Source: a virus (Duplodnaviria; Caudoviricetes). Taken from it: 52,156 nucleotides of DNA. Below the pieces are notes generated by a model that saw only the letters and a program-made list of their open reading frames with translations, was not told where the DNA came from and made no database searches. Positions 19,267-29,880 of the stretch are shown here, piece by piece (positions within the stretch are counted from its first letter, which is position 1; every line of letters starts with the position of its first letter). The stretch covers positions 1 through 52,156 of the IMG/VR virus record IMGVR_UViG_3300025120_000077; one strand, given 5' to 3'. Position numbers and translations under genes: made by a program.

Positions 19267-21345
19267 ATGGCACTAGGATACGGGTACGTTAAGGATGCAA
19301 AGCCAATGCAAATAAATTGGCAAGAGGTTGGTAAACAAATGACCGACAACATCCAAGCTGAAATAACAGATCGTCAAAACAGAAAAGACGATATTGATAA
19401 ACAACTAACACAATATAACAAAGACCTCTTAGATCAACCACAGGGGACAAATGCCGAGGTTAACAGGTTTATGGGGGATTTCTCTGCAGACGCAGGAGAA
19501 GCCATGAGAAACGCCGAGAGGATGCTTAAAAGCGGTAATCTATCTGAGAGAGACTTCTATAAGTTTAGGGCTAATGCTAATCAAGGCACTGATTTAATGT
19601 TCGAAGCTGGCAAAAAATTTAACGAAGGGTATGACGAGTCTATGCGTAGGTTTGCGGATGGTGAAAGCCAGTCCAAAGAGAACTGGATGCGCCAACAGAC
19701 CGAAGGGTTTTTAGCTTTTGCCGACAACGGAGCGTACATCAACCCATTGACGGGCGAGGTAAACGTTGCACGCAGGTACAAAGATGAGAACGGAGAGTGG
19801 CAAATATCAACTAAACCAGGGGAGTTTGCCAACGCCTCAGAGCTTGTTCAGCAAGCCTCAGCGAAGTATAATAAATATGATCTGGATGGTTCTATCAATA
19901 AAGCTATAAAGGGATTAGGCGCAACGCTAATTAAAGAGAGCAGCGGATTAAGTACTAAGCAGTTTTTTCAAGCTATACAAGACGGAACCCTAGGGGATAA
20001 AGAGCAAAAGCTTTTGGACCAAGCTAAATTAAATATGGTAGCGTCTTTCACAGCCAACCCTAACCACGTGTCTAGTATCCTTACTGAGAACATGGGATTT
20101 GCACCTAATGGTGAAGCTTATACTTTTACGTATGATGAGAATAAGGCGAAAATAAATGAGAATCTTATTCTTGTAAACCCTGACGGGACAAACAACTTCA
20201 CAACTGTTAACGGGAAAAAACAACTGCAAGCTGCCGAAGCCTATGCATCTGCACAGTTTGAAGCAGGGCTAGGAGGATCAAGAGAAGAAGCTCAAGATTT
20301 AACTGCTGTACAAAAAGAAGAATTAAAACTTAAAAAACAAAGATTAGCACTAGACATTGACAAGCTAAACTTAGACAAAAAGAAATTTAGTAAAGAAGAT
20401 CGAGACAAGGCGACAGACTTAAAAACAAAAGCTCAACTTATAAGCACCTTGTACTCTGGAACAATTGCTGATATTAACGCGACAGTAGATTACTACAGAG
20501 ACTACGGGGGTAACACCAATGTTCTTGAGGTTAAAAGAAATGATACCGGAATTGTTGTGACCTTTGAAGACGAAAATGGAAACGCTCAAACAAGGTCCGT
20601 GAGTTTCTTTACGGCTGATAGCACTTCAGATACCAATGTCCCCAACCCTGACTTTGATCCAAGCCAACCCGAAAGTGAAACAAATCAAAAGTTTGTCAAA
20701 GGTAGACAATTGACTGAGGCCCAGTTTGTAAATGCAGCTTCACAGCTATTAATAGGTGAAGACGTGTCAACTGAAATAAAAAGCAGAGGAGATGATGGTG
20801 AATTATTATATAACCGAGCCCTGACATCGGTCGACAGTCCGATTACTGCCACCACAACGATTGAAGAGGGTGAAACATTAGCTCAATCCGAAACGTATAA
20901 TGTTTCAGCTGATCAGTATTTTGATAAAATTATTGCTGATCCAGAAATTGATTTTGGTTTTAAACCGCCTTCGCCGTTATCTGGTAGAAAGTCATCGAAC
21001 AAGCCCTTTACGGGACTTGGAGTTGGTCCCCTATTGCTTAATTCAGCTGATGAAGATTTAGCTACTGTTTTAGAATCTAGTTTTAAGGATATAGGATTAA
21101 TTGCTACAGATACTGGTGGTTTAAATAATGAAGTAAATGTAAGAATACCTGGGGTTACTAATACAATTACAATAGACGCTAACAATTATACAGGTTCGGG
21201 ACAATTAGAGGAAACACAAAAGCTTAGAGAATTTATAACTAACGCCCTTAAAACAAGACCTGACTTGCAAGAAAAACTTAATTTAAAAGCTGACGTAAAA
21301 AAGCGAGGCGGGCGGGGATCAAAATACAATAAAGTAGGAGGATAA
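19267..21345 (+). CDS. Internal virion/ejection protein 2
   Basis: 692-aa helical protein between the small and giant ejection proteins. Confidence 0.55.
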   Translation: MALGYGYVKDAKPMQINWQEVGKQMTDNIQAEITDRQNRKDDIDKQLTQYNKDLLDQPQGTNAEVNRFMGDFSADAGEAMRNAERMLKSGNLSERDFYKFRANANQGTDLMFEAGKKFNEGYDESMRRFADGESQSKENWMRQQTEGFLAFADNGAYINPLTGEVNVARRYKDENGEWQISTKPGEFANASELVQQASAKYNKYDLDGSINKAIKGLGATLIKESSGLSTKQFFQAIQDGTLGDKEQKLLDQAKLNMVASFTANPNHVSSILTENMGFAPNGEAYTFTYDENKAKINENLILVNPDGTNNFTTVNGKKQLQAAEAYASAQFEAGLGGSREEAQDLTAVQKEELKLKKQRLALDIDKLNLDKKKFSKEDRDKATDLKTKAQLISTLYSGTIADINATVDYYRDYGGNTNVLEVKRNDTGIVVTFEDENGNAQTRSVSFFTADSTSDTNVPNPDFDPSQPESETNQKFVKGRQLTEAQFVNAASQLLIGEDVSTEIKSRGDDGELLYNRALTSVDSPITATTTIEEGETLAQSETYNVSADQYFDKIIADPEIDFGFKPPSPLSGRKSSNKPFTGLGVGPLLLNSADEDLATVLESSFKDIGLIATDTGGLNNEVNVRIPGVTNTITIDANNYTGSGQLEETQKLREFITNALKTRPDLQEKLNLKADVKKRGGRGSKYNKVGG

Positions 21346-24300
21346 TGAACGAACAAGCTTTAAAAGACGCTTATGATTTATTTCGTGCCGAGGGGTATGA
21401 GGGATCTATAGAAGAGTTTATTAGTTTAATGCAAACCAATCCGGAAGCAGTAAATGATGCTTTTTCTATTTTTCAAGATGAGGGATATGAGGATAGTATT
21501 GACGACTTCCAAAACTTAATAGGCGTAAAAAAAAAAGACCCGGTCGCTATGGCTTCCGTATCGGAGGATGGTTCTTCGGTTTTACCAGAGTCTCCAGAGC
21601 AGCCCACTGAAAAAGATTACTTTGAAGGAACCTTTGGCGACATACTCCGAGGGTTTGATAACGTTACACAGACAGGATTAGGTGATTTTGTAGATGACAT
21701 GGCGCGTAGTGTAGCGTCTGGTTATTATCAGGGCGTTGCTTCAGAAAATGCATCCGACCTTCTCCTTGCAGGGTCAATGGCTTCGGAAGAAGATATAGCT
21801 AGTTTTATAGAAGCAAATAAAAACACACAGATGTACGGCCCATCAGCTGAGATGCAAGAGTATCAAAAGGCTTACGAAGATGAGGGTAAAAGCTTTTGGG
21901 GCGTTGTAAAAGGCTTAAGTAAAAGTGGTCTAACTATATTGCCAGAGTTAATTGTAAGCTCTCTTACATCTATGGCAACAAACACGGACTCTCTTTTAGC
22001 TGGTGCAGCTACTATAGGTACAGGAGCAGCAGTCGGAGGAGGTCTTCCTGGTGCAGCCGCCGCCGTACCTTTTGCTTTTGGAGCGGCAAGCTCCGCTTTA
22101 GAGATGGGCGCTACATTCTCAGAATTGTTACAAGAAGAGCTTGATGGTAAAGATTTAACTTCTGAAAACGTTAGAGCTGTCTTAGAAGATCCTGAGGCTT
22201 TTAATAGTATAAGAAATAAGGCTATCACTAGGGGTATTGCTATTGGAACAATAGATGCGTTTACGGGTAAACTGGCGGGAGGCGTAGGCGCAAAACTTTT
22301 AACTAAAGGAGGTAAGAGTCTTTCTGCCGCTAGTAAATTAGACAAAATTAAATCCGTTGGCGCGGCTGGTTTAATAGAGGGGGCTGGCGGGTCAATTGGC
22401 GAAGCCACTGCTAGAGGGCTGATTGGTCAGGAGATGGACATATCTGAGATTGCTTTAGAGGGATTGGCTGAAACCCCAGGGGGGATAAAAGACATAGTCT
22501 CGGCTAGATTCAGCAAGCCTAAGTATAGGATAAACGGTCAGAGAGTAGACGTAGAAGAGATTGATAATGTAATTAATAACTTTACTTTAGAGCAAATACA
22601 AGCCACTAAAATAAAAATTGACAATGATTACTCCGGAAAATCTAAGGAGTTAAACGATAGAGTGATAAGGTTGTCTGTGGAGCGTGAGCTTTTACAAGCT
22701 AACCCAGATTTAAACAAGCCTACACTCGAAGCATTGACTGATCTTCAGTTAGAATTAAACGAGCTAGAAGGAAACAAAACAGAGCCAGCTAAAGAAAAAG
22801 CTTCTTTACTAAGGCAACAAATGAAAGACTTACAAGCCGCTCCCCTACAAGAAGAGGTAGAGGTAGAAGCGGGGCGTGCGCGATTTAGCATGCAAGATGA
22901 CGTAGAGAAGGTATATCACGGTTCACCAAACAAAATAAAAGATGGTGTTTTAAAAAAAGGACAGTCAGGAGCTGTATTTTTAACTCCTTCATTAACTTAC
23001 GCCAAACAATATGCTAGAGACACTGATAATATAGTGGAACTTGAGTTAACACAAGAAAAAATAAATAACCTTTTTGATTTAAGAAATCCAGAGCATATTG
23101 AAAGATTGAGGGAAGGATTTATAAATGAAAATGAAGATTTAGAAATTGTTTATGATTCAGAAGCAGATGCTATAAGAGATTATAATAACGCAATACGGTC
23201 TATGAAAAATGATTCTCAAGGGCGTGAGGGTATAAACGATTGGGCTTCAGGCTCCCAATTTATTGAGGCTATGGAAAATGCTGGATTCGAAGGAGCTGTA
23301 TTTGCAGAAAGACCAGCTGGTTTTGCAGAGACTGATGTTGTAATTAGTTACGCTTTATTTGACAAAGAAATTAATATTGATGCTTCATCCAGACAAAGAC
23401 GACAGCAAAAAGGAGATGCTATAATTCAGTCAACGGAAGAAGATGTAGACGCGATAGCTGAAGAGATGAACGCAATGGATCCTGAAGAAGTAAACTTTAC
23501 TACTCCAGAAGGAGAGACTACCGTTACTGTCAACCCCTTAGAAGAAAGCACAACGCCTGAGACAATAACAGAGGAGGAACTTACAGAGCTTGGATATGAA
23601 ACCACTAATGATCTAGTTAAGCCTATATCTTATTTCGATGGTATTCCTATGATTACAGCAATATCAGATATGCTTTCCACGGGTACAGTTAAAGACTCGA
23701 AAGGGAATGATATGAAGGTTAGCGGAGGATTACTGTTTAATGTTAAGGGAGACAATAAAAATGCTGCATGGGCGGGGGTTGCAAGAGACAAGTCACAAGG
23801 GCAGTATGATAACGCTGTTAGGACCTACCAAAATAACAAAGAACTATTTGATAGGCTATGGAAAGAGGGTAAGATACCAGATGGACACATACCTATGGCT
23901 ATTATAAAAATGGGCAATGAAGCCGTTCATTCAAATGAAGCTTCATTTAGATTTTTCTCTGCTGAAATAAACTCTCAGTCAAAAGAAAATCAAACCGAGG
24001 CAATGAACGATGTTAAATCGATTTTTGAAAACAAACCAGAAAAACAACGTGCTGACGCTGATGCTGTTCTTTCATTTATAAATCAAAATAATATAACAAC
24101 ATTAGGTCAATTTTTTGAAGCTATAGTTAGTGATGCTAACCAGAGATCTAAAAGGAATAAAAATACATTATCTCTAAAAGAAAGAGCATTTATTTTTGAC
24201 AATTTAATTTCACCAGAAAAAAAAGAAGGAGAGGTTAAGGCAAACAAGCCTTTTATTAAATCACTATACAAAGGAGGTGAGGTTAATCAAACTATGTTTA

Positions 24301-27300
24301 CTGCAAATAATTTATATAACGCTATTGGAGAGAAGTCTATGCTTAAGGCTAATAAAGGTGATGTTGTTGCTGTAGTTGGTGTTGATGTAAAAAATGGAGG
24401 GGTTATAGATATTAATCATGAAAACTATGGGACGGGACCTAAGGGTAGACCCATTGCTTTAATAGAAAATCCTACAAACGGGATGGAGGTTTTCCCTACA
24501 TGGAAAGCCAAGTCTAACAGAGTCTTTAAAAAGAATATTCGCGGTAAAAGGCCTGGAGATAAGGAAGTGGCAGCTCAGACCATGGGGACTGTTGCTAATG
24601 ATGAAGCTTTTCAAGGAGATGTTGTCACTACCGAAATGAGTCCTCTCGATATTCTTATAGGTAAATTAAAATTTGCTTTCCCAAACGTTAGCGTTACTAC
24701 AAATATAGAAGAGTTTAATAATATATTGTCACAGCCAGGAGTCCGTACCAAAGAGTCAAAGGGCAGAGTAATACTAGGACTAACAACTGACGGTAAAATT
24801 TATTTAAACCCGGAAGTACAATCTTTAGGCACCCCTATACATGAGTTTGGTCATATATGGTTAGATTTTTTAAGATCAAAAGATAGTGGAAGGAAAGGAG
24901 ATAAGCTTCTTGCGAGAGGGTTAAAGCTTGTTGAAGGAACGCCAGAACTTACAAAAGCTATAGAAAAATATGGTGACACAAAACTTGCAAGGGAAGAAGC
25001 TCTAGTGGAATTATTAGCAACGAAAGGGGAGACCATAGCAAATGCTAGTCAAAGATCTAAGTTTAAGGAGTGGATGAACGCTATGTTTAAATACATAAAA
25101 GAAAAGTTTACCACAACGAAAGATTTAAAAATAAAAGATATTAATAAAATGACCTTAGATGATTTTATTAATACTGGTCTAGCAGATTTATTTAAAGGAA
25201 CGGCTGTTTCTGCAACTTTTGATGCTAAAGCAGAATCAACAGGCTCCGCAGTAAGGATGAGAAAAGGAGAAAAATCTCAGGAGCAAAGAATAAGAGAGGG
25301 CCTTAAAAGAACTGACGATCAAGGAAAAGAAATCCCAAGGAAAACTCCAACTGTTAGTTCCGCTATTAAAACCTTTGAACGTTTATTTACAAACATAAAA
25401 GATCCCTCTAAGATTACCCTGACCCAAAGACAGGCAATAGCAACACAAATAAAACTTTTGAATCGAGGAGCTAGAACCGCTAAAGCCTCGTTTATTAAAG
25501 CTCAAAAGGTGTTGACTTCTCAAATAAAGGACATGAGACGTGGGGGCAAAATATCTGACGCTCAACTTACCGCCGTTCTTAATAGATTTTCTAAGGTTAA
25601 TATGTTTAATCCTACCTCTATAGACCGATTTGTGGACTATATGGCTAAAGTGTTTGCTGATGCCGAGTATGCAGCAAAAATAAATTTTGCGAGTAAAGCC
25701 CGTAGGAATAAAGCAAAGAAAGCGGCGCAGTCTAAAATTGGTATGGCTGATTCAATAGTTCCTCAGTTGTTGGAGTTGTTTAGCGTTAATCCAACTTTAA
25801 TACCCGATAGTGTATTAGATCAGTATATATCTTTAGTTGATTCGTTTAGCAAAGCCGAAGCGGTATTGTCTCTTCCCTCAATATCCGAGGTAAAAAGACA
25901 GGTTGAAAAGGTATTGAAGCAGTTAGATGAGGAGCAATCAATGGCGATTGATCTTGCTGACAGATTTGCAAATACAGATAGCAAGGTCTTTGACTCAGAC
26001 AACAAGTTAGATTATGCAGCTACCCTTAAAAAAATGCTTGATAACGGTGAGATAAACGAGCGGGAGCTTGAGGTAATGCGTAAATATAAGTCACAGATAT
26101 CCCCGCCCCAACTTAAAAAACCAAAAACCGAGGCTGAATTAGAAGCTGAAAGAGAATTACTTTTGGAGGGTATAGACGAATCAACTGATTTTTCTGTGTC
26201 TGAATTGGCATTACCATACGCTAGAGATTTAGCTAAACAGTTTAAAAAACTAATACAAACAGATGCAATTAATAAATTCGATAATGTTGAATTAAAGAAT
26301 GTATTAAAACTAATAGACAATATTAATAATGGTTATGCGCCACATCTTATACAGAGATATAACGAAAAATTAGAATCAATCACCAAAGCCTCCGGCTTGG
26401 CCACATCGATTAATACTGCTAAACCGCTAACGTTTAGTGCAATGTATGCTAGGGTTAAGGCTTTAATAACGGGTAAAGACAGCATCCAAGAATTGGTACG
26501 ACGTAATCCTTTATTTTATATTGACCAAGTCTTTGGAGATTTTAAAACCAAGAATATATTTAACGCTGTTTTTGGAGAGGCTTCTAAAGCTGTAACTAAA
26601 TATAGATCGGAGTTTGACGTTATACAAGAAAAGATAAATGAGGCTGGAGCTAATGTCCTTAAATCTTTAGGTAGTGATCCTAACAAGTTTAGCAAGTCGA
26701 AGTATAAACAGATGGCTTATATGATACAAGAAGAGTATCTGAGTAACCCTGATAGCGAACAAGTTAATCCAGTTACTGAATTTTTAAAAGCCACTATAGA
26801 AAGAATTAACGAACAAAACACACGATATACAAAAGGCGATTCTGATATGCTTCAGGATATACTTGATACGTATACTAATGACCAAGGCGAGTTTGATAAT
26901 CAAGCGTTATTTGATTCTTTTAATAAGGCTGAAAAACAATCTATTCAAACCGTAAGAGACATAAATGATAGTCTAGGGGAAAAGGCTGAGATTGCCGCCA
27001 CACTAATCAGAGGTGAAAAATATAATCCTCTTGATAATTATGTACACCTTAACGTACTTCCTCCTGGTAATAAAAATTCCTTGGAGTCGTCACAGCTTAG
27101 TGTTATTAAGGCCTATAATACTAGCAGAAAACCATCCACCAAAGCAAAGACGTTGATTAAAAGGACTGGAGATGTGTCGCCTCTGAACTTTGACATTTAC
27201 GCTTCAGCAATCCGAGGTAGCAAAAACACATTAATTGATTTCCATTTAACAGCTCCATTAAGGACTGCAAGGGGAACGCTGAACCAAACAAAAAAACTTT

Positions 27301-29072
27301 TAAAAGAACAAGGCAAATACACATTTGATAACGTCAGGGTGTTCAATGCAATAGAAAGTGGCTTTGAAGAGTCAACAGAGAATTTATTGGTTAACATGTT
27401 TGGCGAGTCATCAGCAGCCGATGCTGCTTTAAACTATTTACAAAAAACGGGATACCGATCTATATTGGCGGGAACTGGCAGATTTATTGCTGAATACGTA
27501 TCCAATGTTAGCTTTGCAATGATTGTAGATCCAAAAGGATTTATAGCCGGATCAAAGATGGGATGGTTGAGTTCTCCTAAAGGGGCACAAGTTTTAAATA
27601 ACTTAAGCAGTAAACAGACAACTCGAATATATGCCGATGGCCTGACAGGTAGATTTATAGACAAGTCTATACTTGATCAAGCTGCGGGTGTTCGAGGCGG
27701 TGCTGCTGTTGCGCCCGTACAGAACGAAATCCTTAAAATGTGGAATAAAACAGGTCAGCGCTGGAAGAATGGCGTTGAGGCTGCTGCAGATTTTTTGATT
27801 TCTACTCCTGATAAAGCCGTCATGCGTCCATTGTGGTTTGGAGCTTTTGAAAATGAATTTAAAAGAATTACCGGTAAGTCCCCTGACTTTGACAAAATCG
27901 CAGATAATGATTCAACTTATATACAGGCTAACCAATCCGCTTTAGATGAAGCTACAAATTTAGCTGATAAGAAATCAGTAATGGCGGGCGCTACAGACAA
28001 TGCTTTTATGGGTATCTTAAAGGGTACGGCTAAACCAAATCAAAGCGCACGGCTTAGAGCTTTTAATGCATTTAATAACTTTATGACTCGGTTCCTTATA
28101 TTTGAATATATAACGGCACGTACAGGTGTTGCCAATCTAATAGGCAAAGGCGAGCTCAGCAAAAAACAAGGCGGTAGATTGATCGGCGCAGTTATAAGCC
28201 GAATGATGTTGTATACCATACTAGGGCAGCTTTTAGCTGAGGGAATGACATCTTTGATAAACGATGATGACGACGATGAATTGCCAGGAGAGGGGATGAA
28301 GTCTCCAGAAAAAATGTTGGGTCAAGCCTTTGCATCTACCTTCACCTCTCTTCTTTTAGGTAGGGATTTTGGAAATGCAACTAAATTAATTATTAATAGA
28401 GGTGTAGAAGAATTTAATGAAGCGCAACTTGAGTTCTTAAGGGATGGTGAGTACGATGCCTTTAAGGACGCTTTACAGTATACACCTCTTCCTAAAACTG
28501 CGTCTGGCAGGGGTAATGACTTAGGAGATTTTTTAAAAGGAATGGGCGCTGCATACGGACCCGTTATTGGTGCAGGTTCATTATTAATAAAAAAGTTAAC
28601 AGAAGACAAAAAGAAAACACCTGAAGCGATTGAACGACAAGACATGGAGAGGTTTATAAGGTTGCCCCTGGAGCTTCTTGGTAACCTAGGATTCATACCT
28701 CTTTACAAAGACGTTCGAAAGATTACATTAGATCGTATTTATGGAGATCTTTCTAGAGCCAAGAGAGAGCTTAAGGACAAACAGAAAGCCAAAAAAGAAA
28801 TGTTGCAAGGCTACGACAGTGAGTCGGACATGAAGAGGTACGACAGAGAGTTGTGGAATGCAACCTTTGGTCCTAACTCTCCAGGCTATGATGAAAAACA
28901 GGCGCTTAAAGAAATTGAAAGAGCGCAACGACAAATAAAACAACAACAAAAGGATGAGATGTATAATTATACACCTCCACAGAAAAGAAAAAAGGTAAAA
29001 CAAAAATCACGTTTTAATAAGAAAAAGTCATCGCGATTTAATAAGAAAAAGTCATCGCGATTTAATAATTAA
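21345..29072 (+). CDS. Giant internal virion/polyvalent protein with ART-like and zincin HExxH domains
   Basis: G/A-rich hydrophobic N-terminal segments; VYHGS...AVFLTPSLTYAKQYA (ART-PolyVal-like); TPIHEFGHIW...EEALVE (MPTase-like); basic C-terminal repeat. Confidence 0.7.
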   Translation: MNEQALKDAYDLFRAEGYEGSIEEFISLMQTNPEAVNDAFSIFQDEGYEDSIDDFQNLIGVKKKDPVAMASVSEDGSSVLPESPEQPTEKDYFEGTFGDILRGFDNVTQTGLGDFVDDMARSVASGYYQGVASENASDLLLAGSMASEEDIASFIEANKNTQMYGPSAEMQEYQKAYEDEGKSFWGVVKGLSKSGLTILPELIVSSLTSMATNTDSLLAGAATIGTGAAVGGGLPGAAAAVPFAFGAASSALEMGATFSELLQEELDGKDLTSENVRAVLEDPEAFNSIRNKAITRGIAIGTIDAFTGKLAGGVGAKLLTKGGKSLSAASKLDKIKSVGAAGLIEGAGGSIGEATARGLIGQEMDISEIALEGLAETPGGIKDIVSARFSKPKYRINGQRVDVEEIDNVINNFTLEQIQATKIKIDNDYSGKSKELNDRVIRLSVERELLQANPDLNKPTLEALTDLQLELNELEGNKTEPAKEKASLLRQQMKDLQAAPLQEEVEVEAGRARFSMQDDVEKVYHGSPNKIKDGVLKKGQSGAVFLTPSLTYAKQYARDTDNIVELELTQEKINNLFDLRNPEHIERLREGFINENEDLEIVYDSEADAIRDYNNAIRSMKNDSQGREGINDWASGSQFIEAMENAGFEGAVFAERPAGFAETDVVISYALFDKEINIDASSRQRRQQKGDAIIQSTEEDVDAIAEEMNAMDPEEVNFTTPEGETTVTVNPLEESTTPETITEEELTELGYETTNDLVKPISYFDGIPMITAISDMLSTGTVKDSKGNDMKVSGGLLFNVKGDNKNAAWAGVARDKSQGQYDNAVRTYQNNKELFDRLWKEGKIPDGHIPMAIIKMGNEAVHSNEASFRFFSAEINSQSKENQTEAMNDVKSIFENKPEKQRADADAVLSFINQNNITTLGQFFEAIVSDANQRSKRNKNTLSLKERAFIFDNLISPEKKEGEVKANKPFIKSLYKGGEVNQTMFTANNLYNAIGEKSMLKANKGDVVAVVGVDVKNGGVIDINHENYGTGPKGRPIALIENPTNGMEVFPTWKAKSNRVFKKNIRGKRPGDKEVAAQTMGTVANDEAFQGDVVTTEMSPLDILIGKLKFAFPNVSVTTNIEEFNNILSQPGVRTKESKGRVILGLTTDGKIYLNPEVQSLGTPIHEFGHIWLDFLRSKDSGRKGDKLLARGLKLVEGTPELTKAIEKYGDTKLAREEALVELLATKGETIANASQRSKFKEWMNAMFKYIKEKFTTTKDLKIKDINKMTLDDFINTGLADLFKGTAVSATFDAKAESTGSAVRMRKGEKSQEQRIREGLKRTDDQGKEIPRKTPTVSSAIKTFERLFTNIKDPSKITLTQRQAIATQIKLLNRGARTAKASFIKAQKVLTSQIKDMRRGGKISDAQLTAVLNRFSKVNMFNPTSIDRFVDYMAKVFADAEYAAKINFASKARRNKAKKAAQSKIGMADSIVPQLLELFSVNPTLIPDSVLDQYISLVDSFSKAEAVLSLPSISEVKRQVEKVLKQLDEEQSMAIDLADRFANTDSKVFDSDNKLDYAATLKKMLDNGEINERELEVMRKYKSQISPPQLKKPKTEAELEAERELLLEGIDESTDFSVSELALPYARDLAKQFKKLIQTDAINKFDNVELKNVLKLIDNINNGYAPHLIQRYNEKLESITKASGLATSINTAKPLTFSAMYARVKALITGKDSIQELVRRNPLFYIDQVFGDFKTKNIFNAVFGEASKAVTKYRSEFDVIQEKINEAGANVLKSLGSDPNKFSKSKYKQMAYMIQEEYLSNPDSEQVNPVTEFLKATIERINEQNTRYTKGDSDMLQDILDTYTNDQGEFDNQALFDSFNKAEKQSIQTVRDINDSLGEKAEIAATLIRGEKYNPLDNYVHLNVLPPGNKNSLESSQLSVIKAYNTSRKPSTKAKTLIKRTGDVSPLNFDIYASAIRGSKNTLIDFHLTAPLRTARGTLNQTKKLLKEQGKYTFDNVRVFNAIESGFEESTENLLVNMFGESSAADAALNYLQKTGYRSILAGTGRFIAEYVSNVSFAMIVDPKGFIAGSKMGWLSSPKGAQVLNNLSSKQTTRIYADGLTGRFIDKSILDQAAGVRGGAAVAPVQNEILKMWNKTGQRWKNGVEAAADFLISTPDKAVMRPLWFGAFENEFKRITGKSPDFDKIADNDSTYIQANQSALDEATNLADKKSVMAGATDNAFMGILKGTAKPNQSARLRAFNAFNNFMTRFLIFEYITARTGVANLIGKGELSKKQGGRLIGAVISRMMLYTILGQLLAEGMTSLINDDDDDELPGEGMKSPEKMLGQAFASTFTSLLLGRDFGNATKLIINRGVEEFNEAQLEFLRDGEYDAFKDALQYTPLPKTASGRGNDLGDFLKGMGAAYGPVIGAGSLLIKKLTEDKKKTPEAIERQDMERFIRLPLELLGNLGFIPLYKDVRKITLDRIYGDLSRAKRELKDKQKAKKEMLQGYDSESDMKRYDRELWNATFGPNSPGYDEKQALKEIERAQRQIKQQQKDEMYNYTPPQKRKKVKQKSRFNKKKSSRFNKKKSSRFNN
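29013..29068 (+). repeat. 24-bp tandem repeat (2.3 copies) encoding FNKKKSSR
   Basis: TTTAATAAGAAAAAGTCATCGCGA at 29013 and 29037, with a partial copy at 29061. Confidence 0.9.
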
Positions 29073-29073
29073 T

Positions 29074-29247
29074 ATGCCATTTAAAAGTCAAGCGCAACGC
29101 GCGTACATGTACAAGAACCTGCCGGAGATAGCAGCGCGGTGGGAGGAGGAGACAGTGTCAGGGTCTCTGCCAAAAAGAATACATCCAAAAAAGAAAAGGC
29201 CATCATTAATTTCACAAAGGAGGCGAAGACGCTTGCCTAAAAGATAA
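29074..29247 (+). CDS. Small basic phage protein (MPFKSQAQRAYMYKNLPEIAARWEEET...), 57 aa
   Basis: Hand-translated ORF below the track cutoff; abuts the stop of the giant gene; Arg/Lys-rich tail. Confidence 0.7.
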   Translation: MPFKSQAQRAYMYKNLPEIAARWEEETVSGSLPKRIHPKKKRPSLISQRRRRRLPKR

Positions 29248-29312
29248 GCAAGAACAGCAGGTACATCACTATAAGAGTGATGCAGATAGCACCAACAAAA
29301 TCAAAATCAGGT

Positions 29313-29504
29313 TTATACTTCATCAGTTACAGACTCCCCAACATTACGAAGTTTTTTAGTTAAATTATTTACCTCACCTCTAAGTGTGGTATAGTCCTTA
29401 TCTATTAAGTGTTCGTATATGTTGTTTAGTGAAGTGTGAAGCTCGCCCATGACAAAATTTATGTTCTGTATTCGTCTATTTTCAATCGGAGTTAAGTCAT
29501 TCAT
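29313..29504 (-). CDS. Hypothetical protein (probable start MNDLTP)
   Basis: Last ORF of the minus-strand replication block. Confidence 0.55.
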   Translation of the reverse strand: MNDLTPIENRRIQNINFVMGELHTSLNNIYEHLIDKDYTTLRGEVNNLTKKLRNVGESVTDEV

Positions 29505-29529
29505 GCTCACTAAATTATAAAAAATATAT

Positions 29530-29769
29530 TTATCCTCTGTATATTTCACATATAAATCCTAGATCCTCTAGTTCCTTGAGCCTATACTCTTGAAGTTTTG
29601 ATACCCTTCCTTTTTTTGTTTTGCACTCCACAAATAAGGGAGGCCTACCCATATGAAGTGCTACTAGATCAGGTATTCCATTTTTATTAGTCTTGATTAG
29701 CTTTAGGACGTAGTACCCCTGAGCTTCTAGTTGCTTAATCTTTTTTGACTGTATCTGCTGTTCCGTCAT
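29530..29769 (-). CDS. VRR-NUC domain nuclease (Holliday junction resolvase-like)
   Basis: EQQIQ...GIPDL...FVECKTKKGRVSKLQ, a PD-(D/E)xK pattern. Confidence 0.85.
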   Translation of the reverse strand: MTEQQIQSKKIKQLEAQGYYVLKLIKTNKNGIPDLVALHMGRPPLFVECKTKKGRVSKLQEYRLKELEDLGFICEIYRG

Positions 29770-29880
29770 CCCATAATTGATTATCAGTTAAATATTTTGG
29801 ACACATTAATGGATAAATAAATTTATATACTCCAGAATATTTGCCCACAAACTCGTATTTTTCTATGTATCCGTAGTCTT

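Noticed and set aside
21872-28696. Antisense ORFs within the structural genes (e.g. 21872-22408, 28322-28696; also 50237-50878 and 44729-45721)
   Set aside because: They are shadow frames of long genes with biased codon use, and have no motifs or expression signals.
21345-29072. crAss-like virion RNA polymerase
   Set aside because: No DxDxD catalytic motif in a recognisable double-psi-barrel context was seen; ART-like and HExxH motifs and host-type promoters fit better.
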